DNA from: Hyphochytrium catenoides
Lineage: Eukaryota; Protista; Hyphochytriomycota
Assembly (NCBI GenBank): GCA_900088475.1
Contig: FLMG01000725.1
Coordinates: 11,030 to 74,995 of the forward strand
Direction: 5' to 3'
Length of the DNA: 63,966 bases
This document shows, piece by piece, positions 11,701 through 23,400 of the stretch (within the stretch, counting starts at the first letter, position 1; each line of letters opens with the position of its first letter). Position numbers and translations under genes: made by a program. The notes under the pieces were generated by a model that worked only from the letters and a program-made list of their open reading frames with translations, was not told the origin of the DNA and did not search any database.

Positions 11701-14382
11701 GGATAAGCGGAAGACTCGCCGCGAGCCGCGCAGTTAGCAAGAGATTGGAGCAATGACGAGCTTTCGGTGGAGGACCAAGAGTCAAACAATCATTATGGAT
11801 AAATAACACATACTGCACCCTTCTCGTCGCAGTCCAGAATGAGGTCAACAATTTACTGCTGACCAGAAAGGTGGGTAGGTGATATGCTCTCCCGACGGAA
11901 ATGTACCGACTAGCAGCGTGTCATTGGCAATAATACCCGCAATGCAACTGCCGCCGTGATTGAGTATCAAAGAAGTCCTCCCCGTGCTCTTGATAGAGTT
12001 AAAGCCAGGATTGAAGTCACAATTGATCAAACACCTGGCGGGTTGTTGCCAGGAAAAAGCAAAATCGAGAAGAACAGCTTTCCAGGGGAAGGTCTGTCAC
12101 AGCGGTTCCCTAGGTATCCTTGTCTCTTCGTGCATGGAAGCTAGTTAGCTGACAAGACAGCTCGCTACTAACCAGTCCTTTGTCTATTATTATAGCCCAC
12201 TGGCGCTCCTTACATTTGATCTAGGAGAGTAACGTTGAGGAGACTGACTTCTTCTTGGCTGTCACCCCCCCACCCCATCATCAGTAAAGGCTCCACCAGA
12301 CAGCTGCATTGGTCACCTAGTGGCTACGTGGTGATGAAAGCCAAAGCTTCCAGGTTGATAGAAGCTGACGGCATGAAATAATATCAGTTCCCAAAAAATG
12401 GCAGACACAGTCGTTTTCCATCGTCTATGAAAGCAGAGCTCTTCGCAATTGTGGGCCGAGCGCTGTGTGTGGCTGGTATTATTCAAGCTTGTTGGGCAGA
12501 GACAACCCTGCGTGAATCCTCTTCACCGTCTAACAAATATGCGCATCACAGCGGGCCAACTTCCCGCCTCACCATTGATTACTTTCTTACCTTTATAACA
12601 TCTATAGAACCCCACTCTCTCGCAACTAGTAGCAAGCTTTTTTTGTCAAGGGGTCAATAATAATGTTCATGTTTCAAAAGGCAGGGGCATCTTCTTGCCA
12701 TAACTCAGACGGCGGACAAACAGTCGGATCGTCCGTCCACGGAGCTCCAAGTCAGGATACCTACCTACTACCTCGAGCCTCTTCTCGATGAAGGAACGCG
12801 ATCGTTCGCTACTATCTGCTTGCTGTTGTCTCCTCCTTGCTGAAAAACACCTGTTCATTGTTGCGTGAGGGCATATCTGCCTCCATCATCAGCGCTGAAG
12901 TATGTCCTAGATCGGTCCGTTTGCAGATTCAGAAGAGGCAGCAACGGCTGATAAAGGCAGCAGTCTGCGCTGTCTTGCTCTGCAGCTGGCTGTCGTCTGT
13001 CACATTCTGGCTGCTGCGGGGCCGTACAAATAGAACTACAAGGGCACATTCCTGACGACCACGCCAGATACAACACTCCTCCCTCCTCCAGCAGCAGGCA
13101 GGAGAGGGTCGTGCTTTGTCGTGCTGTTCTTCTTCATTCCCTTGTAAACTGCTGCTAATAGGAACGCAGAAATTCACCACCTGCGGACTATGCTCACACA
13201 TCAGCGGACGTGAGTCAACGAAGCTGTGAACACTATATTGATTATATGTATGGGGAAGCATGACGGTCACCAAGTTCGCTATCGTTTCTATGAGTAGAGA
13301 GATCCTTCACAATGGAGGAGTTCCTAGGCACTTTTCATCTCTTTGGGTTTGTGGGTTTGGGGGACAGGGAAGAGAGACAAACACATCACCCATCGCCCAC
13401 AAACACTCCTTGCGGCACTACAGTAATAGTCTATTTTTATAGCCTTTTTATAAAGACAATCACCCAATAATAAAACTAGCTTTCCTGCACAACCCAATAC
13501 ATTCATTCATGACCGGGTGGTGCCGAACTCTATAAGGCTTAGAACCTAGGAATCAGCCAAGACGGGGGAAAAAATGATGGTGAGGGTCAAGTCGATGTTT
13601 CTAATAAGGCCTTCTTCGTAAATAAATAGGAGTAGGTTCTAAATAAGACTGAAACATTAGGTCAACGTAAAGGTGCAGCTGTTATTCTTAGGACTTACAA
13701 AGAGCAGGCTCAGTTATTCTAACGATAAACGCAGTAGGAGCTTTTACCTGTAAACTGGTTGTCGCAGAATGGGTGTTGCACTGTTTGTGGCAGGACGTGA
13801 AGGTGGAAGTAAGGCTATGTACAGTAGGCCTTCCTATAATAAGGCTGGCTTTATGAGTTATTTAGTTCTTATTGCCCTGTGATCTTCCCCCGTTTTTTAG
13901 TTCCATCTTTACTCACAAAGGGCAATGTTTCTTTCCTATAGGTAGAGCCTACGAAAGAGCGAGGGTTATTGCAGGAATGAAATCATTGAAATCTTTCAAG
14001 AACATAAACAGAACATGCAACACCCTTCAAAACGCAGACGCCCTGCTTTCAACAGTTTTTTTTATTGCGGAACCCTGCTGCAAGAACTCTGACGAACTGC
14101 TGGAGCTCAGAAGAGAACAAGAGCTTCACAAGCCAATCTTCTTCGTGGTGGATCATCACCCTTCTTCTTCCTTCGTGCAGCGGCCCTGAGATATGCAGCC
14201 CTGTCGCAGTTGGCAAGCTGTCAAGGAAGCAGTCAGACGGAGACGCTAGCTACTCTTGCCGCAGGAGCACTGGATCGCAACTGCTGCATTGGCTTTTTGC
14301 GCAGGAGGATGCCTTCATCATCATCGGGCCGTACCAGTTTCTCTTGATAATATAGCCCTTCAAAATAACCTAGGAAAGAAGG

Positions 14383-15433
14383 ATGATGGACATCTGTCTT
14401 TTGGAGACGGTACAACCACCACCATCATCATCATGCCTCCGGGTACCTCTTACCAGCAGGGATGGCCCTGGTCCTAACAGTCGAAAGTCAGCCAGGATCC
14501 GAATCGACGCTACTGATGTCGACCCCAAGGAGAGAAAAGAGGACGAAGAGAAGAAGAGTACCAGCACTAAAAGCGGAGGAAAGAAACGGCTACGCCGGAA
14601 TAGATCAGCCCGTTACAAGGCTCTTGAAAAGCAAATTCGAGTGGCTGAGGAGTACCAGCGATCCTTACTACGGCGACTAGAACGAAACTCTTGCCCTTCT
14701 TTCGGCGCCGAGCCTCGGCTTGGAATGTCCACGGATATCACCTCAATAAGGAGGTTCCGAGAACAATGCGTAGACACCATGGTGCGTGCAGCAAACATTG
14801 AAGCATTCGATAGTACCTGCCTGCCGATGTTCCATGACACGTGCACGGTGGTCCATGATGTCATGCCTAGCAGGTCGTCTCTGTGTCCTCCATACGATGA
14901 GCAAGCGCTTGGGGCTGGCTTCTCGAAGGGGCCTATGGCGATGAAGCAAGCCTGGTATGATAGCTTCCAACTAGTTATGACGCGTGGCAGTGGTTCCATT
15001 GCCTAACACTTTCTGCTTTCCAGGATGACCTACACCTCCACCTTTCTATGGTTCCAGTTCAATGTTATCAAGTTGGTGAGCTTCGATCCTAGAGGTGACC
15101 GCATGCTGTGTGTTGGCACTCTGCAAGGCCTTACAGCCGGGGGAACGGGGGCAGCCTCTGGCCTTTTGCCCTCCGATGAGGGCTCTGCGCAGCAGGTATT
15201 CAACGGCTTGGAGCTAAGCACGCTCTTCATATGAGAAACAGACGAGAGCTAGCTTCAAGATACTAACAGTCACTTTTTATTCGTGGTCAACAAAGGCCGA
15301 GGAACAGAGTCATGGGAAGCTGATTGAAGTGCGGGAAGCTTTATTATACGTCTTTTCTCCCCAGAATAGGATCACCTTCACTCGGGCGATCTTCAACTAT
15401 GAAGATAAGACTTGCATGGGTCTATTGATGTGA
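14383..15433 (+). CDS. bZIP-like coiled-coil plus putative SnoaL/NTF2-like domain protein, paralogue B (3 exons, about 293 aa)
   Basis: Exons 14383-14954, 15024-15195 and 15296-15433. Intron 14955-15023 (GTATGA..CTAAC..CAG) lies in the Trp codon; intron 15196-15295 is GTATTC..CTAAC..AAG. The product contains GPMAMKQAW-MTYTSTF, FDPRGDRM and YVFSPQNRITF, which matches YIFSLENRILF of paralogue A. Confidence 0.8.
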
Positions 15434-17782
15434 CAGGATAAGCTGTCTCGGCCACCACTAGTGGGAAATGAACAACAAATGGCCTTTCGACGGCTTTCCT
15501 CCTTGAGGACGTTGTAATGAACGGGCGCTCGAAGCTAGGAGCGAAAGTTCAAAGTAGTACCGAGATGATGTGACCCAAGAGAACGACGCAATAGATTTGG
15601 CAGAGTACTATAGTAGATAAGTTCTGCCAAGGTTGGGTTTATCTATCCGGGCAATCAGGAAGTGACTAACCGTAGCTAGTAAATGGACCGCCTACCTTCA
15701 AGTGAGCCTCTGCAATTGTATATAAAGCAACAGTGAGTCTTCCTTAGACTCTGAAAATGTTCTAAGGGTCAATATTCAATACTTGTACATGTCTTTGAAC
15801 TCCTTCATGAAGTCCATGGATAATTTGAAAGGAAGTGACTAATGGATCCTGGTTGCGGTTCATTACTTAGCGCCACCATGAAAATCCGGCCGCTAAGTTC
15901 AGCATACTACTTCCATTATTGACAAGGATGGAGCTAATAGAATTTTTAAGAGATTAGGGGCATGATGGTAGCGATTGCTAATATGCTAACTGTCTGCTAC
16001 TGAAAGTCACTAGGAAACCAGGACTGGATTATAACAGTCTTTGAAGACTAGACGACTATCCTCTCTGAGGAACATCGGTCTATTCTCTGAAAGATAACCT
16101 GGTGAATGATGGTTGAGCAAATAGGGCCAAGGGTCGGTAGACCAAATGGGAACGTCCAACAGGGGGGAAGAGGTATGCAAATAGCATGAAGAATGAAAAG
16201 CCTTAGGACAGCGTAAGATGAAGGTTCAGTGGATGCTATGTATTTGATGGCCCTTCTACAGTCATCAGTTTATATAGAGAGATCCTCAAGAAGCGTGATA
16301 GCATTTTCTTCACCGTCCTTCTCTGTCTGTAGGGCTGTCTGACGGGGAGCGAGCGGCGAGCGTTCCGCTTCGTAGACCACAATAAAGTCTCACATAACTT
16401 CATCTTCCTGTTGTTCGGGTACTCTCCTAAGCGTGAAAATGGCTTCCGGCGACGGCTGTCGGCAGGGCCGTAGATAGTCCTCCATCAAGGCAAAGCAAAC
16501 TAACATCTGTAAACTCAGAAGTGAGGAGACCGAGTGAGATAGAAAAAAGACCCACCAATTATTTGAATGAAGAATGACAATCGCCTTTCTTCTTTGTATC
16601 ATTCAGCTCCACTCAGACCAGGCGGGAAGCCTCCTCTTCCTCTTTTCTGGGTCCGACCCTCATCTCATGCAAGATATAGCATCCAACAAGGGGTTCGAGA
16701 GTGAAGAAGGAAGAAGGTAAACGGGTTGGGCAGAGCTCTAACGGAGGAAGCAGCAGGTCAGCCTTGCTGATATTGCCTAGCATCATTATTTTTAATAACA
16801 ATATTTGGCATGACTGATCTTGCTGGGAAAGGCCAGTCTCAAGAAGCAAACTAAGAATGGCGGATGTGATGAGGGGATCGACCAGTAGTAGGAGGAGATG
16901 CGGCATTCAAATGGCTGCTGATGGTGCCGATGAGAACACAGGCCACGATATCCTAGTGGAAGAGCTTCGTACGTACCGCCACCAGCACCATATAACAACA
17001 TTGCCTTTAGCGTTCATTGTCACAACGGTCTTACCTTGCAGCCCTGCTTGTCGATACTAGTGTCCTGCCTCTTTGTGGTCCGACTTGGTACTATTATCCT
17101 CAGCTTTGAGCTGCCAGCAAGCTGTTGCACACTCTCATGGTTGCCTGATAATAATAAGTGCACCGTTGTTGACCTTGAGCGTCGAACAAAAGAGGCCGTT
17201 TCACCCTTTCCATCTAACGGGTGAAAGCTTCAGGCTGCAACAATTCTTGCAAAGATTCGCAAGATTCCATTCGTTCTTCATATTATCAAACTTGTACGGT
17301 TCCTGAAAGATACAAGTTGCAACTATCACCCTCAGCCTTGGATCCACGCGCCATCACAGAGAAAATGCCCCTTCAGTGCGTCCTCCTCTTCTTCAGCCTC
17401 TTCTTCTGCAGTCCAGGCAGGTCATGGCCTTCATCGATCCATCTGAGGCGTCTCTTCTGATGCAGCAGCAAGAGAAGAAGAATCTGCTGCTTATTACCTT
17501 GTTGTGCCTCAGTCCAGCAGCAGCAGCGGCCGGTCCCCGCTGTCGTCCCTCATCCACATCAGAAAGCAAGGCAGCACCACCACGACGACAGGCGTCGTAT
17601 TGAAGAAAGACCTACCAAGAACACTGGTGGGAGGTAGCGATGGCTCTAACTGATTAGCTCTACAGAGGAGAAGGGGGCGAATGTCATTATTGTCGGGGGG
17701 GGGGAGCGTCTTCCACGAGTATTCTGGAGGCTAATCATTAGCAGCACAACCACTACCAACAGCACAGCTAGTGCTGCCGGAC

Positions 17783-19219
17783 ATGGAGCAGCACGAGGAT
17801 AGCTTACAGCAGCTGTTGGCTGGCGCAGCAGGAGAAGGGAGCTATTTTTCCTCTTCGCCGCCTTCTTCGCCGCTGTCCTCCATAGTACATGCCCTCACCC
17901 AGGAGGAGGTAACCGGAACAGAAGATGCCATTACTTTGCTCACCGGCAGTCCCTCTTGGAGGCGAATAGATACTTCACCCTTCATCGCCAACATATACTT
18001 AGGGATCGCGCCAGCTGAAGTAGCTCAAACATTAGAGACTGGACGAGAAGGGAGAAAGTGGTGGCAAGAGGAACAAATTGAGCGGAGCATAAATGTAAAG
18101 GAAGGAAAAGCTTTAGATTACGATGGTGGTTCCCTGGTGAATACATTGCATTCTGGACACCGCGTAGTTTCTTCTTCTGATATCCCAAGAAGACAAACTC
18201 ACTCCTCCTCCGCGCCTGCCTCACGCATAGAAACATTCAGGTAAGGAGACTGATGACAGACCGTGAGGGAGGTGCGATAAATGTAAGGGTTAGCTAAGGT
18301 TGGCTCTTCGTCCTCCTTTGAAACACATCTCCTCATTAGGGAGCAGAATGCCGCAGCCTGTCGGCGGTATCGGCAAAAGCAACAAGCGAGAAAACAGAGT
18401 CTGGAACGGCAGCTCAAGATAGCAGAGGCGCGACACTATCAGCTAAAGAAACAACTGGAGGAGCAAGCTTTCGGAAGCTCCAGAAGGCTCTTGGCCCCTA
18501 GATCACAGGCTCAAGCTATTTGTAGTCATCGCAGGAAGATCATTATGGAGAGCCTTGCCGTTGCCTATGTTGGCAATGTCAGGTTCGCCAATATACTGCA
18601 TGAAGACTGCCTTCTAATAGAGCCAACGCATGAGGTGGCCGGCTCATCAAGCATTATAAGCCAATGGTTCGTATGCATCCTTGCCGCCTAGCTTCCGCTG
18701 AGAACTAAAAGCTGAAGCGCTCCTCTGCCGCGTTGAATCTTCAGGGAAGAGTCCAAAAGCAAGTTGACGGATCAAAGTTTTCGAGACGTACACCTCTGTG
18801 CCCTAGATCCCAGGGGTGACCGCTTTCGGGTCGATTGGGTGCACGAAGGATATGTAGCCGGTGATCTATGTCTCTCCGACGGCTACTGGCAGAAAGCTCT
18901 TTCCATCAACAATCCAACGGTGATCATGCCATTAGATGGCTCTTCATCGAATGTCTCATCACAAGGCGGATCGCGGCCAATGCCTGGAAAAGCCCACAAT
19001 CAGCATAGTCAAGAAATACCTGCCATAGATAACATCCAAGAGGTGCGATGGGCTGTAGAAGTATCGATAAGGTCATACTATACGTTCGGAACAGACAATC
19101 GTGTGACGGTGCTAGTCCGAGGCACTTCTTGTCATCCCGTCGTCCGCGTTGAGCTTCCCAATGGAAAGCAGCAGCGGCTTGTTATTGAAAATTCAGCTGT
19201 TGCTGCGCTCATAGCCTAG
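17783..19219 (+). CDS. bZIP transcription factor plus putative SnoaL/NTF2-like domain, paralogue C (3 exons, about 419 aa)
   Basis: Exons 17783-18240, 18340-18666 and 18745-19219. Splicing produces a canonical N-x7-R basic region and zipper: FREQNAAACRRYRQKQQARKQSLERQLKIAEARHYQLKKQLE. Intron 18667-18744 lies in the Trp codon. LDPRGDRF and YTFGTDNRV motifs are present. Confidence 0.85.
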
Positions 19220-19749
19220 TGGGTGACGACGTCGGGATCTCAAGCATCGGCAACCGAGGCAATACATTACCTAAGAGAGTGTCCATTGATTTATGCATAC
19301 CTCCTCGTTTGCAATGGGCACACCGCGGCCGCCTCTTGTTGCAGCAGCCTCAACACTGCAGGTCTCTTTCCTCCTAAGCTATCGATTGGTTGCTGCTGTG
19401 ATGACTACCGCGCCTCTACAATGAAGATGTCAGTGCTATTGAGTTAAATTGAGACTATTCTTTGCTCCTCAGTCGCCAGCATCCTACCCGTGATTGACCA
19501 GTCCCACCATCATCAATCGTTAAGGTACCTCTTATCATCAGTAGACGGCGATGACAAGAATGTCATCACTGTCTTCTCTCTATAGCTGCTGGACCTGCCC
19601 TAAGATGACTACTGGACGAAACATAACCATCATCGCACACATTTTCTTCCTTCTCTATCGTATGACATCAGGCATGTGTGTCCAATGCCTTCTGTGGGGT
19701 TGACAGCGGGCAGTTCTGCTATTAATCTTACGTTCCATGTGGGGTGGGG

Positions 19750-20080
19750 GGAAATAAGGCTCTTACCCACAGACTTGAATGATAGAAGAAGACTATGCCT
19801 GTGAACTATGATGTTCTGCTTGGGATGATTAACCGCGTACGGGAGTCTGTGCTTGCAAGGTTATGCTATGAGCAGCTACCAATGCTCTTCTACGCCTTTA
19901 TGAGCTGAAAATGCGTGAGATAGAAGGGCATTTCAAGTGGGAGGGCAGGAAGCCATTATTTGGAGCGAGTGCCGAGCCACGACAGCATGCAAGTGGGCAA
20001 GCGTCAGGGTGCACCAACGCGGCTACCGTGAGTCCCTGTGCGCTTCAAAGCTCTGCAGACTCGCATCTAGTTGAGAAGTG
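19750..20080 (+). pseudogene. Possible fifth, highly decayed and apparently intronless fragment of the same family
   Basis: NKALTHRLE**...DVLLGMINRVRESVL...LPML, then after a frameshift GQEAIIW...KWASVRVHQRGYR. These loosely parallel HDALKKRL, RLGM..IRRFREQ, LPMF, GQDALNDLW and W..LKV...RGDR. Confidence 0.3.
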
Positions 20081-21255
20081 ATGCTACTGGGTCATCTCCA
20101 AGCCTCATACTAGAAATACAGTCCTGATGATTCATCAACGGGCAACTTCGTAGTGGTTACTTCTTCTCGTACACCTAATTAGTTGCTACCAATACATTAT
20201 TGGGATGTGAACGTAATGGTAAGTCATGCAAAGGAGATGAAAGAGCGATGATATGGAGGACGGAAGTAACCCGTGAATGAAGACAAAGCTAAGGAGGTCT
20301 TCGGTGGGACTGATTAATAGGACTGGACGGAGGTAGGAGAGTTAGAAGATTACGCCTTGCCATTCTGTGCAGCTACAAGCATGAAGCTACGCTAACTAAG
20401 CAGAGAGAGCAGGAAAGAGCAGGAAAGAGCTATCGACGCCTCTAAAGGAGAGAAGACGAAGGAGGAGTGCAGCCAAGATTAGTCGGAGACCGGGAAACCC
20501 CGAAGCAGCTAGGGAGAGACGGATCCGCAACGTGGAGTGAAGAACATAGGGAGAAAGAACCCGCAGCTTTGACGAGACCAAAAGCTGGGATATCATGGCA
20601 TGCAGGACAACAGGTAGAGCACCTTTTGCCCCAGTAAATCATTCCCTGATGAGTCAGGCGGTCAGACATCCTGTGCGGAGGGTAAGGAAAAGAAGAAGTA
20701 CCGTCATTAGAGTTAGAGAAAGATGGGTCACCAGCATTTCTTATAAACAGGAAAAGCCGTTACATCCAGCCCAAACCCGTGGGATTATTCTGTCCTATCA
20801 TTGACCCACAGAGAGAGTCCGTTACATTGAACTGTTTGTTGGTTGTGCTGGGAGGAGCCACTGGGACCGGAAGCTCTCTATGGTTAGTGATGAGTGATAG
20901 AAGGGAACTTCCCTTGCAAACCGAGGAAAGACGAGTGGCACTTGAAGTTCACAAAGTAAATGGAAGAATAGGAAGAAGGGATTGAAGAGAAAAGCACTGC
21001 TGCGGGGCGGTGAAGAGAAACAAGGACGCCAGTCTCCAAACAGCAGCCACCCCATACAAATAGGATTGGTCTCCCGATGGTCTCACTTGACTGCTCAGCT
21101 TGTCATGAGTCTTGACAAATATCCTTCTTTTTCGTTGGCTACCGCCATACAGAGTACGAGTCATCATTGGCCCCGTTGGCTGGCACTTTAGAGGCAGATC
21201 GCATGCTTGGCTTGCTCCCCTCATTTACTCAAAGATCACGCTTCCCTGATGCGCC

Positions 21256-23400
21256 ATGGTGGTGGATCCTGCATACACCGTCAAGCTATCACAATCGTTA
21301 GTCGAAGTCCTCCAAGAGAGTACTTTGACCATCGATGATGCGACCAGGAAAAACCTTTTGCTTACATCTGCTGAGATAAGGTCCGCTCTTTCTAAGTCTT
21401 CTACGGAGCTCTCATCAACAACAGATGAAAAGAAATCGGCAGACTCTCCAGGAGGTCAACTCCTGCCACCCGAGGCTGATGCCGGCAGCGTTGGAAGAGC
21501 TAAGCAGAAGCAGCGAAGGCAAAAGATACTCATGATGGTGGCTCAACGTCCGTTTCTCGAGCTCACGCGGGAACAGAGTAGCCTCAGCGTCATGGAATGG
21601 CTGACTGGGAGAAGGTTCTATGAGCGATATTGGAAGTATAAGTCATGGATGAAGATGTTCTCTTTAGCAGGGTTTATAATGATGGTCATTGTAGTCCCCA
21701 TCTACACTGCAGGGTCACTGACTGAACAACAAAGATTGATAATGTTAATCCTTTGTATCCCGGCGACGCTCTTCGGTCTCACGCATGCGGCGGCGCTATC
21801 AATTGGCTGGGTACTTCGCCAGGCACTATTCAAGTTTGAAGCCGTCTATTTACTGGTGGAGACCTTCTTGTTTTTCGTATCGCTGTCAGGACTCTACTGC
21901 TTCACGGTGTCAGCAATATGCTTTGCCGCCATAGGCTTCCTGAGCACGTTGTCAGGAGTTGTTGTCTATGATAGCATTCCCGTGAGCATCAGGCAAAGGC
22001 TGATTGGCTCATTGATAGTCTGGTGCCTTATGTGTTTGCTCGTGATAGCTCTGATTCTGCTTCACGTGTCTGACTCCATGTGTTATCATCGATTGGACTT
22101 CAAATACGGCCTCATCGAGGACGGCGATCCTCGACAGACAAAGCTTGGTATAGGCCTCTTAGGTTTCTGCGCCAACCGCGGCTTCACAATGCTGTCCTTA
22201 ATGGTGCGAACCACCTATTTGGCCTTTATACATCCTAGCGATTGTGTCCTTATCCGGACCCGAATCCGCATCTTAGAATTGCCGGTAGATGATCGCGCTG
22301 TGCTCTCTGAGGCCAAGGATGACTCTGTTTCTGCAGAAAACCAGCAGAGTAGAGTTTCCATGTTATGCGAATCGCTGGCTGCAAACCTTCGGCAGAAGAC
22401 TGTCCTGGATGAACTCAGCAAAAGCTACCTATTGCGAACCAGGGTCATCATTGAGCAACGTCTTTCCTCATCTTCAGCTATGATTCGAGTCAAGAGCAGG
22501 GGTTCAAGCTATAGGATGAATCAGAGAAGTCTCGTCATAATGGGAGTTCGACCGTATGTAGAACTGACCAGACAACAGAGCAGCCTGACAGTCATGGAAT
22601 GGCTCCTTGGGAGACGCTTCTACCGTGGATGGTGGACGCTAATGAGGTTCATTGCGCCACTTACTCTTGCTTCGTTTTTCCTGATCGTCATCTTGGTGCC
22701 AGTCTGCATGATGCTGCCAACTGCGGACATGAAGGTTGGAATCCTTCTTCCCATAGGTTGCCTTCCCGGGCTTTTGCTTGGACACTTGGGATCTGCGTCA
22801 CTAGCCAAGTGGTGCTTGCTCAAAAAAACTCTGAGCACATTTGAAGCGCGTCTTTTCTTGGTAGAAAGTGCGCTATTTGCCATCTCTTTGTCTGTCGTCC
22901 TGGATTTCTCCCCTACAGGTTATGCCACCTCATCGATCATATTTGGGTTACTTTGCGGCGTCCCATACTACGACAGCAGTCCTACGCGAGTTCGGCGGCG
23001 AGTGAGAAGCATCCTTGGTTCCTATTGCGTGAGCTTCACTTTGATCCTCATAATCATACATTTCCGGCTCTCCCCAAACATTCGTGCTTACCGCTGGGAT
23101 CCTATGCGTGGGTTCATGGTTCAGGCAAGCCTACAGCCACACAACAGGAACGACAAGACAGCTCTGAGCCTCTCGGTCATTGACTTCTGTCTCAATAGAG
23201 GCATCACCGCATTAACTCTGGTAGCGCGCGCGACGTACCTTGCGTTCCGATATCCAGCTGATTGCGTCTTCCTAACTAACCGACTTCGGATCGTGGAGGA
23301 GACATCTGCATCCCGCCATCAGTCTTTGAAATCCTGGTGGTCTACTAGTACCTCAAAAGACGCAAGGGCTAAGAACAGTAAAGAGATTATGGACCCTTAG
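21256..23400 (+). CDS. Multi-pass membrane protein made of two tandem homologous halves of about 6 TM each (714 aa)
   Basis: Intronless ORF with an obvious internal duplication: RPFLELTREQSSLSVMEWLTGRRFY vs RPYVELTRQQSSLTVMEWLLGRRFY, and FCANRGFTMLSLMVRTTYLAFIHPSDCVLI vs FCLNRGITALTLVARATYLAFRYPADCVFL. Confidence 0.85.
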   Translation: MVVDPAYTVKLSQSLVEVLQESTLTIDDATRKNLLLTSAEIRSALSKSSTELSSTTDEKKSADSPGGQLLPPEADAGSVGRAKQKQRRQKILMMVAQRPFLELTREQSSLSVMEWLTGRRFYERYWKYKSWMKMFSLAGFIMMVIVVPIYTAGSLTEQQRLIMLILCIPATLFGLTHAAALSIGWVLRQALFKFEAVYLLVETFLFFVSLSGLYCFTVSAICFAAIGFLSTLSGVVVYDSIPVSIRQRLIGSLIVWCLMCLLVIALILLHVSDSMCYHRLDFKYGLIEDGDPRQTKLGIGLLGFCANRGFTMLSLMVRTTYLAFIHPSDCVLIRTRIRILELPVDDRAVLSEAKDDSVSAENQQSRVSMLCESLAANLRQKTVLDELSKSYLLRTRVIIEQRLSSSSAMIRVKSRGSSYRMNQRSLVIMGVRPYVELTRQQSSLTVMEWLLGRRFYRGWWTLMRFIAPLTLASFFLIVILVPVCMMLPTADMKVGILLPIGCLPGLLLGHLGSASLAKWCLLKKTLSTFEARLFLVESALFAISLSVVLDFSPTGYATSSIIFGLLCGVPYYDSSPTRVRRRVRSILGSYCVSFTLILIIIHFRLSPNIRAYRWDPMRGFMVQASLQPHNRNDKTALSLSVIDFCLNRGITALTLVARATYLAFRYPADCVFLTNRLRIVEETSASRHQSLKSWWSTSTSKDARAKNSKEIMDP

